The notes beneath the pieces are model-generated. The model was not told the DNA's origin, searched no databases, and saw only the letters and a program-made list of their open reading frames with translations. From assembly GCA_964392445.1 (NCBI GenBank), contig CAYMPD010000001.1:61030-125029 (forward strand): DNA of 64,000 nucleotides, read 5' to 3'. The stretch comes from an uncultured archaeon (GTDB lineage Archaea > Aenigmatarchaeota > Aenigmatarchaeia > CG10238-14). Below, in pieces: positions 1-9,388 of this stretch. Numbering within the stretch: the first letter of the stretch is position 1; each line of letters begins with the position of its first letter. The translations under genes and the position numbers were made by a program.

Positions 1-2
1 GT

Positions 3-158
3 AAGGGTATCTAAAGCCCAGTCACCTGAGAAAGCCGCTAAATAAGTAAATATTGGATCCATAAACCATCTATTTAAAAATCCGTCTTTCTTTCCCATTA
101 TTTTTTTAATAGGTCTTCCTAAAGTTCTTTTTTGAGTACTGTATCCTTCTGATTCCAT
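3..158 (-). CDS. Hypothetical protein, 5' part only (runs off the window start)
   Basis: Read by hand: ATG at 158 preceded by an SD-like GAGGT. The open frame MESEGYSTQKRTLGRPIKKIMGKKDGFLNRWFMDPIFTYLAAFSGDWALDTL reaches the edge. Not in the ORF track. Confidence 0.55.
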   Translation of the reverse strand, partial: MESEGYSTQKRTLGRPIKKIMGKKDGFLNRWFMDPIFTYLAAFSGDWALDTL

Positions 159-322
159 TGAATTTACCTCTTTCTATTAAATTAAATTTTTTTCTTAGTT
201 AATATGGTAAGTTAAAAAATATAAATATTACTATTAATAAGTGAGAAATTCTAATTTATATTTAATCCTTAATTTTACTTATAAGAAAAAAGGAGGGTCT
301 CTAATAAATATATTTATTGAAA

Positions 323-2425
323 TTACTCATCCACAAATTCCACAGAGCAAGTACTAAGATTTTCCCCTATTTCTTTAGGTCCTAACACATAAACCATGAA
401 ATTTATCTCAGTTTCATAACTATACTTTCCCAAAGATTGTATCAATTTCCTCTTAACACGTTTTGAAGAACAAACAAAAACTAAATCCCCATCAACTTTT
501 TCCAAGTACTTATCAATATCATATCCAATAACCGATGTTTTGAATACAACCCTATTCCTCAAATCTTTCTTCTGGAAAACCAAATCATCTTTATCTTCAA
601 CTAATTCCCATCCTCTAGATCCATAATCCTCCTTAACCATCTCCTTCAAGTTCTCAACCGATTCCTCATCCTCTCTGTTAATTATCTCCCCATACTTTGA
701 AATGTAAACCAACCTTCCCTTCTTAGTCAAAAAGTAGTAATAAGCATAATTTCTATGCAACTTGACCTTTTTCCGGTTTATTATACCCTTATCCATTAAC
801 TCCTCAGCCCTATTCCTAAAAGTAGTCCCAGAAACACCCAGTCTTCTCTGTATTTGAGAGCTAGATATCCCCTTTCCTGGAGCAAGAATTTTCAAAACAT
901 TCCAAAGAGACCTGTCCAAACTTTTAGCCATAGAAGCTATATCCTGTTTTTTGTGAAGCATATCTATAGCCTTTTCTGGGTCTTTTGGGATTTTAATATC
1001 CAATTCATCCTTCTTTTTCTCTTTATAGAGCTTTACTATCCTCTTTCCCATTATATCTCTAACTAAATCGTCTTTAATCACTGAATTATCAATTCTAAGA
1101 AGTGGAAACTTAACCAAGAAAGGATTTCTGAAATCCATTCTCCTGGCAACAATATAACCATGTCCTGTTGGTAACTTCCTAATATATTCTATTTCCTCAT
1201 TTGTTTTTAAACCAAGCATGTGTGATGCATCCATAATATCTGAAGAGGATTTAGTATCCAAACCCAGATTCATGTAAATATGAGTACTAGTATTACCCAA
1301 AGCAGGATAACTTATCAAAGAAGGGTGCTGATCTAAATAAACCAAACCTACTCCTAACTCACGAACCTCACGAAATATAAGATCAACCACACCTTCCATT
1401 CCCGACCTAATCGTCTTCTCCCTATTCAGAATATTATGAGCTTCTTCAATGATTATTACACCATTCAATTCGTTCCTCTTATCACTTACAAGCAACCAAT
1501 CTCTTATCCACTGGAGCATTATTTCAATCATAAAAGTCTTGTCAGCGGTCGCAAGAGGGTCCAGTTCCAGAATCGTTATCTTTCCTTTTTCAAAGAATTT
1601 ATCTGGAGTTATACCTTCTTCTGTATCAAATATATGTCCAACCTCACGAAATGTCAATGATTCCAATGGTCTTTGTGCGGTTGCAATCCAGTTTTTCTCT
1701 CTTGATGTCTTAGTTGATTTCAATGCTTCTTCAACACCTTTTTTCAGGTCTTTGATCTTTGGATATCCAGCTCCATCATCATAAACCTTATCCAGGGCTT
1801 TAAGTATAACGTGCCTACCTCCACCCAGCAACCAATAGGCGTGATCGAATATCTCTGCAAATTCCTTAGCCCATTGAGAAATTGGTATATTTTCAGGAGG
1901 TTTTAATGGATTGAATCTGAAGGGTGATACACTTCTACCAACCGTGTAAATACTAACTTTGTCTTTTAACTCAGGATCTTTTAACAAATTCCTATAGTTT
2001 CTCTTTGAGAAGTCGAATATTAGAACCGGGATATCTTTCTCCGATAGTTTTTTCGTGAGCGATCTCGCCAGATTAGTTTTACCAGAACCCGAAGAACCAA
2101 ATATTCCTATATGTGTCAAAAAATCTTCCTCGCTGAGCATTAGTGGATACAAACCTTGTTTATCATAAAGTACCGTTCCTAATTCCACGTTTCCTTTTAA
2201 TGCAGCATGTTCTGAAGGAGGTTCCATAACTGGTATATTTTCAAATCTATCCTCTGAGAAAACTGCAGCCTTGATTGCGTCTATGGTTTCCTGGATTCTT
2301 TGTCTTGTTAATTCATCTCCGAGAAGATAAGCTGCTCTGATTTTTTTTGTGGACTTTTTCCCAACTATAGGTGCTAGTCTATTGATATCATCAACTATCA
2401 ATTCTTCATCAGTCCTGTAAACCAT
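323..2425 (-). CDS. HerA/VirB4-like (DUF87) P-loop ATPase with C-terminal winged-helix region
   Basis: Walker A HIGIFGSSGSGKT, Walker B IIIEEAH, REVRELGVGLVYLDQHP motif typical of HerA/FtsK-like ATPases, and a wHTH-like segment (SSSQIQRRLGVSGTTFRNRAEELMDKGII). Confidence 0.8.
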   Translation of the reverse strand: MVYRTDEELIVDDINRLAPIVGKKSTKKIRAAYLLGDELTRQRIQETIDAIKAAVFSEDRFENIPVMEPPSEHAALKGNVELGTVLYDKQGLYPLMLSEEDFLTHIGIFGSSGSGKTNLARSLTKKLSEKDIPVLIFDFSKRNYRNLLKDPELKDKVSIYTVGRSVSPFRFNPLKPPENIPISQWAKEFAEIFDHAYWLLGGGRHVILKALDKVYDDGAGYPKIKDLKKGVEEALKSTKTSREKNWIATAQRPLESLTFREVGHIFDTEEGITPDKFFEKGKITILELDPLATADKTFMIEIMLQWIRDWLLVSDKRNELNGVIIIEEAHNILNREKTIRSGMEGVVDLIFREVRELGVGLVYLDQHPSLISYPALGNTSTHIYMNLGLDTKSSSDIMDASHMLGLKTNEEIEYIRKLPTGHGYIVARRMDFRNPFLVKFPLLRIDNSVIKDDLVRDIMGKRIVKLYKEKKKDELDIKIPKDPEKAIDMLHKKQDIASMAKSLDRSLWNVLKILAPGKGISSSQIQRRLGVSGTTFRNRAEELMDKGIINRKKVKLHRNYAYYYFLTKKGRLVYISKYGEIINREDEESVENLKEMVKEDYGSRGWELVEDKDDLVFQKKDLRNRVVFKTSVIGYDIDKYLEKVDGDLVFVCSSKRVKRKLIQSLGKYSYETEINFMVYVLGPKEIGENLSTCSVEFVDE

Positions 2426-2969
2426 CTTCTCTCAACTCCTCGAATAATTCAGCTACTTTACTCTCTATAGCCAACTGTTCTTCTAATTGGTGAAGCTCTC
2501 TTTGGACTTCAAGTCTATCCTTCCAGAACAAAAGATTCTCTCTTCTCCTTTCCATCTTAAGATTAGTTAGATCTAATTGTAAGTCTCGGATTCTTTCAGG
2601 ATCATTCAAAGTTTTTATTTGACTTTCTTTTTCATCAATGTCTTGTGTTATTTCAGCTATTGAGTTTTTATTAATGGTTTGTCTTGCTTGAGCTGCTAAT
2701 TTCAAATCAGATACTCTAATCTCTAAGAACTTGACTCTTTCAAAAATATTACCTATTAATTCCCCACCAAGTAATCTTAATGACCTCAGTCTTTCTTCCT
2801 TTATTTTTTGCCATCTTTTTTCTTGTTTTGTAACTACTTCTCTAACTATCCTTTCTCTTTCTTCGTACAATTCTTGTCTTTCAAAACCTGGCGAAAGTCT
2901 CTCATCCTCTTCGTAAGGTCTTCTATCTCTAGGCGTTATATAAGGTGCACGTGGTACTCCGTCTTTCAT
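2409..2969 (-). CDS. Coiled-coil hypothetical protein, overlapping the start of the ATPase gene
   Basis: 186-aa ORF, E/K/R/L-rich helical composition, 17-nt overlap with the ATPase ORF. Confidence 0.65.
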   Translation of the reverse strand: MKDGVPRAPYITPRDRRPYEEDERLSPGFERQELYEERERIVREVVTKQEKRWQKIKEERLRSLRLLGGELIGNIFERVKFLEIRVSDLKLAAQARQTINKNSIAEITQDIDEKESQIKTLNDPERIRDLQLDLTNLKMERRRENLLFWKDRLEVQRELHQLEEQLAIESKVAELFEELREDGLQD

Positions 2970-3087
2970 CCAAATCCCATCTGTCTTAATATGTCTTACA
3001 TGGATGGTAAGATTTAAATACCTATCGGTAGTGACAGATTGCTCGATATAAAATTTATTAGGATTATTAAGACCTATAATCAGTCTT

Positions 3088-3489
3088 TTACCATCTCTTT
3101 AACTTTACTTTTTCCTTTTTACAGAATTTCTCATAATGTTTATCATTACTTAGAATATCATGACAATTCATGTGTTTCGCGGTTGAAGCAATTATAGAAT
3201 CTATCAACGGTATTCCAAAAGTATGTGATATTTTACCGGCTTCTATGGTTATTTCATTTGTGGTCTGCACTATTTCTATCTTTGGCTTAACTTTTAACCC
3301 ATTCACAAAAGATTCAACTTTCTTTATAATTTTACCTTTTTTCAAGTAATTCCTAGTATATTCGCCTAAAACAATGGAAGGGATTATTAAATGATCTTTA
3401 CCAGATACCGACTTCCTTAATATATTTAATGCCTTTTCATCCTTATCTGAAAGTAGTAGTAAAAACCAAGTATCGGCACAATGTCTCAT
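3088..3489 (-). CDS. vapC: PIN-domain toxin (VapC family)
   Basis: N-terminal ADT motif, PSIVLGE, GIPLIDSIIASTA and ILSNDKHY are PIN catalytic acidic motifs. 4-nt overlap with the AbrB gene. Confidence 0.82.
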   Translation of the reverse strand: MRHCADTWFLLLLSDKDEKALNILRKSVSGKDHLIIPSIVLGEYTRNYLKKGKIIKKVESFVNGLKVKPKIEIVQTTNEITIEAGKISHTFGIPLIDSIIASTAKHMNCHDILSNDKHYEKFCKKEKVKLKRW

Positions 3490-3731
3490 CTCTCAGATTC
3501 CTCTCTTTCTTCTTGTATTCTCTTCCAGTCTTTCTTACCTAAACCTGAAGATGAAAAAAAGTCCACAATATCTCTGAAATCTGGTTCTCGTGTTATTTTA
3601 TCTACAAATATCATACTAGGCACGTAACTAACTTTAACCATGTCCATTGGACATATCCCCTCTTTTTCTCTAATCGATTTGGGTATTGTTATCTGCCCTT
3701 TTTGATTGACTTTAACTATTTTATTTAACAT
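3486..3731 (-). CDS. vapB: AbrB/MazE-family antitoxin (VapB)
   Basis: VKVNQKGQITIPKSIRE swapped-hairpin signature, directly upstream of the PIN gene. Confidence 0.8.
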   Translation of the reverse strand: MLNKIVKVNQKGQITIPKSIREKEGICPMDMVKVSYVPSMIFVDKITREPDFRDIVDFFSSSGLGKKDWKRIQEEREESER

Positions 3732-3825
3732 GTATTATTTTAAGAATTTCCTACTTTTATACTTTACTATTCAGATACCCCCATAATTAACAAAAATGGA
3801 AAGAATAACAGGAAATTCCCAAAAT

Positions 3826-4740
3826 TTAATCTTTCTTCAACTTAATCTTCATCATATCTCTAGCAACAACAGCATCAGGAAGAACTTCTCTTGCTTGGTC
3901 TTCCAGTTCTTTAGGATCAGTATATCTTCGGCTAATATGAGTGAGAATAAGTTTCTTAACACCAGCTTTCTTTGCCAATCTTGCGGCTTCTTTAACATCA
4001 GCATGAGCCTTAGAACCAACATCTTCCTCGAGGAAAGTCCCGTCATGTATCAGAAGATCCGCGTTCTTAGAAATTTTAATAATATTATCACAGGGAGCAG
4101 TGTCCCCAGAATAAACAACCTTCAAACCTTCCTTCACATAACCAACATCCTCTATCCTAATCTCCTTATCTTCCCAAACCATCTTATCTTCCTTTTTCAA
4201 TTTTTTAAGCCATGGTCCTCTATTTATCCCCATCTCCTCAAGCTTATCCTCATAAATATTCCATTTATCTTTCTCCTTAAAACAAAAACCAACAGTAGGA
4301 ACAGAGTGAAGAACAGGTATTGAACTTATCTCGTAGTTCTCATCCTCGTCTATTTTAGTAATCTCACTACCTTCAAACGGGACATTCACTGCTTTAACTG
4401 GGAATCTTAATCCAAAGTAACCCATGTCAAGGATGTTTGATACAAATCTTTCAGCCTCGGGAGCAAATATGGTCAAAGGTTTGTCTCTTTTTTCCAGGTT
4501 CATAGTTTGTATAAGTGGTATTAATCCCGCAAAATGATCAGCATGCCAATGACTGATAAAAATCTTGTCAATCGCCATAAAACTTACATCCGACTTCATC
4601 AGTTGTTTTTGGGTTCCCTCCCCACAGTCGAAAAGAAATACCTGTCTTTCATTTGTAAAATGTTCTAGAACTATTGCTGGGTGATTCCTATGAAGACTAG
4701 GTATGCCTGACACTGTACCAAGGAATGTTATTGTTATCAT
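3826..4740 (-). CDS. rnz: Ribonuclease Z (tRNA 3' endonuclease)
   Basis: TFLGT, FDCGEGTQ, ISHWHADHFAG (HxHxDH), YSGDT, LIHDGTF and THISRRY motifs. Start placed at ATG 4740 rather than TTG 4761. Confidence 0.93.
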   Translation of the reverse strand: MITITFLGTVSGIPSLHRNHPAIVLEHFTNERQVFLFDCGEGTQKQLMKSDVSFMAIDKIFISHWHADHFAGLIPLIQTMNLEKRDKPLTIFAPEAERFVSNILDMGYFGLRFPVKAVNVPFEGSEITKIDEDENYEISSIPVLHSVPTVGFCFKEKDKWNIYEDKLEEMGINRGPWLKKLKKEDKMVWEDKEIRIEDVGYVKEGLKVVYSGDTAPCDNIIKISKNADLLIHDGTFLEEDVGSKAHADVKEAARLAKKAGVKKLILTHISRRYTDPKELEDQAREVLPDAVVARDMMKIKLKKD

Positions 4741-4778
4741 AAGTAATTCTTTTAACCTCAAATTAATTATAGTTATTC

Positions 4779-5264
4779 ATGCCACCCAAAATCTGGAGAA
4801 GTGTAATGTATGGACTTTTCATTGGTACTACTATCTCTTCAGTAGTTCTTTTTGTTTTCAGAATTATTCCTATTTCTACAATTGGTATGATAATGATACT
4901 TTATCTTTATGCTGCTGTTGGTGGGATCACGGGTTATATTGCTCATAGGAAATTTGAGGATAGTTCTAATGTCCCCAGGGAAATAGAAAAGAAACCTGAA
5001 GAAAACCCTGATAACCCACCTCCAAAAGAAAAAGTTAATCCCACCCCAGTAAAACAGGAGATAATTAAAATCGAGAACTACAGACAAAAATTAGATGAAA
5101 TTAAAAACCTCAAAAGAACTTCTCTTATTCTTAAAGGGTTAGTAAATACTCGAAAAAGGTTAGAAGAGTTAAAAAAAGAAAGTAACTCTATTCTTGAAGA
5201 TAGTGTAGAAATAATGGACAATAAAAGTGCTGATTTGACTAAGAGTTATTTGAAGACTAGTTAG
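4779..5264 (+). CDS. Membrane protein (two N-terminal TM helices plus coiled-coil tail)
   Basis: Two hydrophobic stretches followed by a charged helical C-terminus. Confidence 0.6.
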   Translation: MPPKIWRSVMYGLFIGTTISSVVLFVFRIIPISTIGMIMILYLYAAVGGITGYIAHRKFEDSSNVPREIEKKPEENPDNPPPKEKVNPTPVKQEIIKIENYRQKLDEIKNLKRTSLILKGLVNTRKRLEELKKESNSILEDSVEIMDNKSADLTKSYLKTS

Positions 5265-6283
5265 CTGTTTGTCGCTCCTGGGGTTGGTGTATCATCTACT
5301 TCGAAATCATTTGTATCACTATCCGTATCTATTCCATTAGATATCCTTGCGGTCGATCTACCGTCCTCAGGAATGGGTGCATTATCTGATGCATCACCAT
5401 CATCAAAATCTCCATATGCTACTTGGTCTACAACCTCTGATAGCTCTCTTAGTATTATAACATCTCCGCCATCGTTTAAACCAAAACTGAAATCATCTCC
5501 TTTCACAAGTACCAAATACCCATTTTCCGGAATAACCATGCCATCTAAAGTGGTATTTCCACCCCCGCTACCATAAGTGGATCCTGTATTATCTTCAATT
5601 GTCCAACCAGTCAAATTAACCTCAGAACTTCCCTTATTGTATAATTCAATCCATTCATCTTCACCAGTGTTAGGATCTGAGACAAACTCATTAATTACCA
5701 CTCCTTTATTGCTCTCATAGCCTTTTTTCTTTGTAGATGGAAATTCAGACTCAGATTTTATTTGCTCCATTTTTTCGACTTCTTCTTGGAGTTCTTGTTC
5801 TACTCCGGCACAAACTTCCACAACATTCTCCTGATTTACACCCTCAAAGGTTTCGGTAACCTCACCCTTTTCCAAAACTTTAGTCAACTCTCCATTTGGA
5901 GTTGTACAAATCTGCTCAATATAACCTAAACTTCTTGTGATTTTAAATCGGTATTCATTTGTTGTTATTTTCCAAACCGTTTTTTCGGTATCTTCTTTGA
6001 CCACTGTTACTTTACCTGGTTTAGAGAGTTCCTGAAATACCTCCCCAGCAGAAATACGCATAGTAAATTTACCAAAGGGTGTTTCATAAGTCTTTTCGAA
6101 TTTTTCCGAACTAAAAATCTTTGACATTTTACTAGGAACACTTTCAACCTCACTTTCATCAGCCATATCCAAAACTAATTTACCCGTAGGAACAGAATCA
6201 CTTAACGGACCAGTGACAAGGAAAGGTATCGAAATAAGACCAGTTATAATCGAACTGATGATGACAATATCACTCAATGTCAT
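5261..6283 (-). CDS. Secreted/anchored lamin-tail-domain (LTD) protein
   Basis: N-terminal hydrophobic helix. C-terminal VVINEF...EWIELYN...VNLTGWTIED and PTPGATN motifs are typical of LTD. Start placed at ATG 6283. Confidence 0.72.
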   Translation of the reverse strand: MTLSDIVIISSIITGLISIPFLVTGPLSDSVPTGKLVLDMADESEVESVPSKMSKIFSSEKFEKTYETPFGKFTMRISAGEVFQELSKPGKVTVVKEDTEKTVWKITTNEYRFKITRSLGYIEQICTTPNGELTKVLEKGEVTETFEGVNQENVVEVCAGVEQELQEEVEKMEQIKSESEFPSTKKKGYESNKGVVINEFVSDPNTGEDEWIELYNKGSSEVNLTGWTIEDNTGSTYGSGGGNTTLDGMVIPENGYLVLVKGDDFSFGLNDGGDVIILRELSEVVDQVAYGDFDDGDASDNAPIPEDGRSTARISNGIDTDSDTNDFEVDDTPTPGATNS

Positions 6284-6673
6284 GCTAATAATTGAAAATG
6301 TTCCCTTATATAATTTTCTATCTAATATAAAATTTTTTAATATGTTATATCCTAATGTAAAATACATTAACTCCCTAAATCCCTAAAAAGTCGATTTTGA
6401 AGTCCTATTAGGAGTCCATATCTTTTAACCACTTTAAAGTAGCATTCAATTTAGCCCGTACCCCACTCTATCTCACACTCACTTTCAATCCGTGAGAGTT
6501 GTTCTATATTATATATTTTTTAAAACATATTTTACTTCTATCATATTTTTATTATATAATATAAAACATATTTTCTGATTATAGTTTAAGTTAACTTATT
6601 TTAAAATCTATATATTTTGATTAAACCGCCTGAACATATAAATACTTGGGAAAACTAATAATTATTGGATTGT

Positions 6674-6973
6674 ATGGCGGTAAAAGAAACTGAATTAACA
6701 AAGCTCTTCTTAAGGACTAAGCCTGTTAGAATGCTAATTGCTTTGAAGAAAGGTCCCAAATATTGTACCCAAATTTCAAAGGAAATAGACTGTACCTATT
6801 CTCATACAATAAAACTTTTGGACGAGTTGGAAACATTGAATCTAGTCACATTCAAAAAACAAGGAAGGATCAAAATTGTCAACCTAACAGAAAACGGCGA
6901 AGATCTTGCACATTCTATTGAAGGTACATTGATGAAATTGGCTAGAATCCGAGAGCAAAATAAGGAAGAGTGA
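6674..6973 (+). CDS. Winged-helix (MarR/ArsR-like) transcriptional regulator
   Basis: YCTQISKEIDCTYSHTIKLLDELETLNLV...GRIKIVNLTENG wHTH pattern. Confidence 0.78.
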   Translation: MAVKETELTKLFLRTKPVRMLIALKKGPKYCTQISKEIDCTYSHTIKLLDELETLNLVTFKKQGRIKIVNLTENGEDLAHSIEGTLMKLARIREQNKEE

Positions 6974-6988
6974 CACTAAATAGTGTCA
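6971..6988. repeat. Perfect inverted repeat TGACACTA-AA-TAGTGTCA overlapping the wHTH stop codon
   Basis: Seen directly: 8-bp arms with a 2-nt spacer. Confidence 0.8.
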
Positions 6989-7124
6989 TAAATGAGGGTT
7001 CTTGGTCTAACTGATAGTCTTTTGTTGTGTTATAGGGGGGTTTTTTCTCTTATTTAAAAGTAGTCAATATATGATGACATATTTATTTACTAGAAAAGGG
7101 GTATAATATAACAGGTATCATTAT

Positions 7125-7711
7125 ATGATGACGGATAATACATCAGAAGTAAAATGCCCTACATGTCGAAAAACATTCAAAAAGACTAGATATAGAAAAA
7201 AATACTGTTCTAGAGAATGTGCTCAAATAGGGATTGCTAATAGACCAAGAACAGAGGCGCTTAAATATAAGGATAGATACTGTAAGTTTTGTGGAAATTT
7301 GTTTAGATCATCAAGAAGAGATCAAAAATTTTGTTCTAAAAGCTGCTATTATGATTATGTTAAACATACCAATAAGTTGAGAAGACGTAAAGGACCTAAC
7401 AAAGCGGAAAACATCTTATTAGGATAATAAAAGGACATGGTCTCCCTTTCAAATTTGTAGGGAATGGAGAATTCCATGTTGGGAAGAAAAATCCTGATTT
7501 TATCGGGATTGGTAAGCAAAAGTACAAAATAATAGAACTCTTCGGCGATTATTGGCATAAAAAGAAAAATATAAGATATCACAGAACAGAAGAGGGAAGA
7601 CAACTATATTATTGGAAAAGTGGTTATGATTGCTTAATAATATGGGAATCAGAATTAGAAAATGAAAAAAAGATTGTGAATAAAATTAAAAATTATCTAA
7701 GAGGTGATAAC
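7125..7711 (+). pseudogene. Zn-finger-repeat + Vsr/DUF559-like endonuclease split by a -1 frameshift near 7406-7420
   Basis: The first frame gives CPTC..YCSREC and CKFC..FCSKSC then PNKAE. The -1 frame (open from 7400) gives HLIRIIKGHGLPFKFVGNGEFHVGKKNPDFIG..KIIELFGDYWH..YDCLIIWESE, a Vsr-like PD-(D/E)XK pattern. No stop separates it from the downstream wHTH frame. Confidence 0.72.
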
Positions 7712-8065
7712 GTGCAAATTAAAACTTGGGTGATAAATAAAATAGACTATGATGAGTTTGACTGGAATGACTTTATGGATACATTATTTCCAGGGAAAAA
7801 GGAGAAAACTAGAGAAGCTGCAAGTAAAATTTTGAAATATTTGAAAGAAAACCCAGCGACATTAAATGAAATTATTAAAAATAAGAATTTAGTTAGAGGG
7901 ACAGCTTATAACGCATTTGACTATCTTAGAAAATCTGGACTTATATACAGAAAAGATAAGTATTCGAAAATAATAATCTCTGAGCAATTTGGAAGGGCAC
8001 TTGAAAGGCTTGCTAAGTACTGGTATTTGTGGTGTAGAGGAGTTAAAGAAAAAAGAACTAGATAA
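7712..8065 (+). CDS. Winged-helix protein, in frame with the upstream nuclease domain
   Basis: GTG at 7712 preceded by SD GAGGTGA (7701-7707). PATLNEIIKNKNLVRGTAYNAFDYLRKSGLI wHTH pattern. Confidence 0.68.
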   Translation: MQIKTWVINKIDYDEFDWNDFMDTLFPGKKEKTREAASKILKYLKENPATLNEIIKNKNLVRGTAYNAFDYLRKSGLIYRKDKYSKIIISEQFGRALERLAKYWYLWCRGVKEKRTR

Positions 8066-8358
8066 TATAGGGTAAGGGAACAATTTTTATGTCCGAAAAG
8101 GGGGTGTTTTTACCTTAAATTATATACTAATTTATAATAAATTTTGATATAAGTTTAGTTAAATAATAATTGAAAAGTATATTATTCATAATAACTAATT
8201 TTTGATACTTCCTAACATATTTACTAAAAAATATGTTTTATTTTATATAATAAGTATTCACACACAAAAGTGAGAGTTAAATTTTGGAAAGTAGAAATAA
8301 GTTTTAGTCGGAAAACACGAGGAGAAGGGTTATAAGCACATAAAATCTTAATTTAGTT

Positions 8359-8784
8359 ATGAAAATTCCTGAAAGTGTTGGCTGGGATAGAATAAACGAA
8401 GGATTGAAAAAACTAGATGTAGTTGGGATAAACCATTTCAGTCTTGGGTTACCTAAGGAAAGTGAGGGAACAAATCCTGAAAAGGTAGAACTTTTCTTCG
8501 AGGAAATGGGAAAAATTATTGGAATAGAGAATCCTAAAGAGGTGAAATCGACTGAGTGGTTCATCTACCCTGATGGTAAAACTCCAGGATATGAGCATCT
8601 ACTTTGGCCTGGTAAAAAAGTTTTTTATCATATTGAAATCGATGTTAAGGATTCTAATGAAAGAATAATGGAGGTTTTTCCTGAAGCATTTGAAGAAAGG
8701 CCCGGAATGTTTTGGTTAACAGTAGATAAGGGTTTCTTGGGAATACTGTGGGCGGTCATTATAACTAACAAGAGAGAAAAGTGA
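8359..8784 (+). CDS. Hypothetical protein, possibly VOC/glyoxalase-like fold
   Basis: INHFSL and YHIEIDVKD weakly resemble paired VOC motifs. The stop TGA lies inside the degenerate repeat at 8778. Confidence 0.5.
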   Translation: MKIPESVGWDRINEGLKKLDVVGINHFSLGLPKESEGTNPEKVELFFEEMGKIIGIENPKEVKSTEWFIYPDGKTPGYEHLLWPGKKVFYHIEIDVKDSNERIMEVFPEAFEERPGMFWLTVDKGFLGILWAVIITNKREK

Positions 8785-8788
8785 GGGT

Positions 8789-9166
8789 ATGAAGCTAATA
8801 AACAAGACCAAAAATAAAGTAATCGCAACAAAAATAATAGTAAGGAAGAGCAGGATAGGGTTAATGTTAGGACTGATCCCATACAAAACCAAAAACGAAT
8901 ACATCTACGATTATTTGAAGTTCAAAAAGTTCGGTAGAAAAGATGCTATGCTATTCAAAGTGAGAGGTAAAGGTGGGATTCATACATGGTTTATGAGTTT
9001 TCCGATAAGTGTTTTCTTCCTGGATAAGGATATGAAAGTAATTGATAAGGTTCAACTATATCCTTTTGAGAGATATAAACCAAAGAAAAGATATGAGTGT
9101 TTTGTTGAATTGGATGGTTCCTGGATAAATAAGATAAGGATTGGAGAGGAATTAGAACTAAAGTGA
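8789..9166 (+). CDS. DUF192 family protein
   Basis: GLMLG..AMLF..IHTWFMSFPISVFFLD motif. The stop TGA lies inside the 13-mer at 9160. Confidence 0.8.
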   Translation: MKLINKTKNKVIATKIIVRKSRIGLMLGLIPYKTKNEYIYDYLKFKKFGRKDAMLFKVRGKGGIHTWFMSFPISVFFLDKDMKVIDKVQLYPFERYKPKKRYECFVELDGSWINKIRIGEELELK

Positions 9167-9169
9167 GAG

Positions 9170-9388
9170 TTAATCCTTCAAACTTGGGAATCCTTCTAGG
9201 TTCTTTATATCGTAAATTTCGATTAGTTTTTTTCTGCCTTCCTTTGTTTTCGATAATTCCTTGTAAACTCTTTGGTGGTTTTGGAAAAGTGAGTTAATGA
9301 ATTGGGTGTGAATCTTTCTCCACTTATCTGGGTTATTTCTAACAAATTCTGCCCATCTTTCTATTTGATCTTGATGTGTTTCCCTCAT
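9170..9388 (-). CDS. Small helical protein, putative antitoxin/partner of the nucleotidyltransferase
   Basis: 72 aa, 4-nt overlap with the NTase gene. The stop TAA is supplied by the 13-mer. Confidence 0.6.
   Translation of the reverse strand: MRETHQDQIERWAEFVRNNPDKWRKIHTQFINSLFQNHQRVYKELSKTKEGRKKLIEIYDIKNLEGFPSLKD

Noticed and set aside
8110-8260. AT-rich tract as a replication origin
   Set aside because: There is no cdc6/orc1 gene or recognisable ORB nearby. The GAAAAGGGG strings fit BRE-TATA promoters better.
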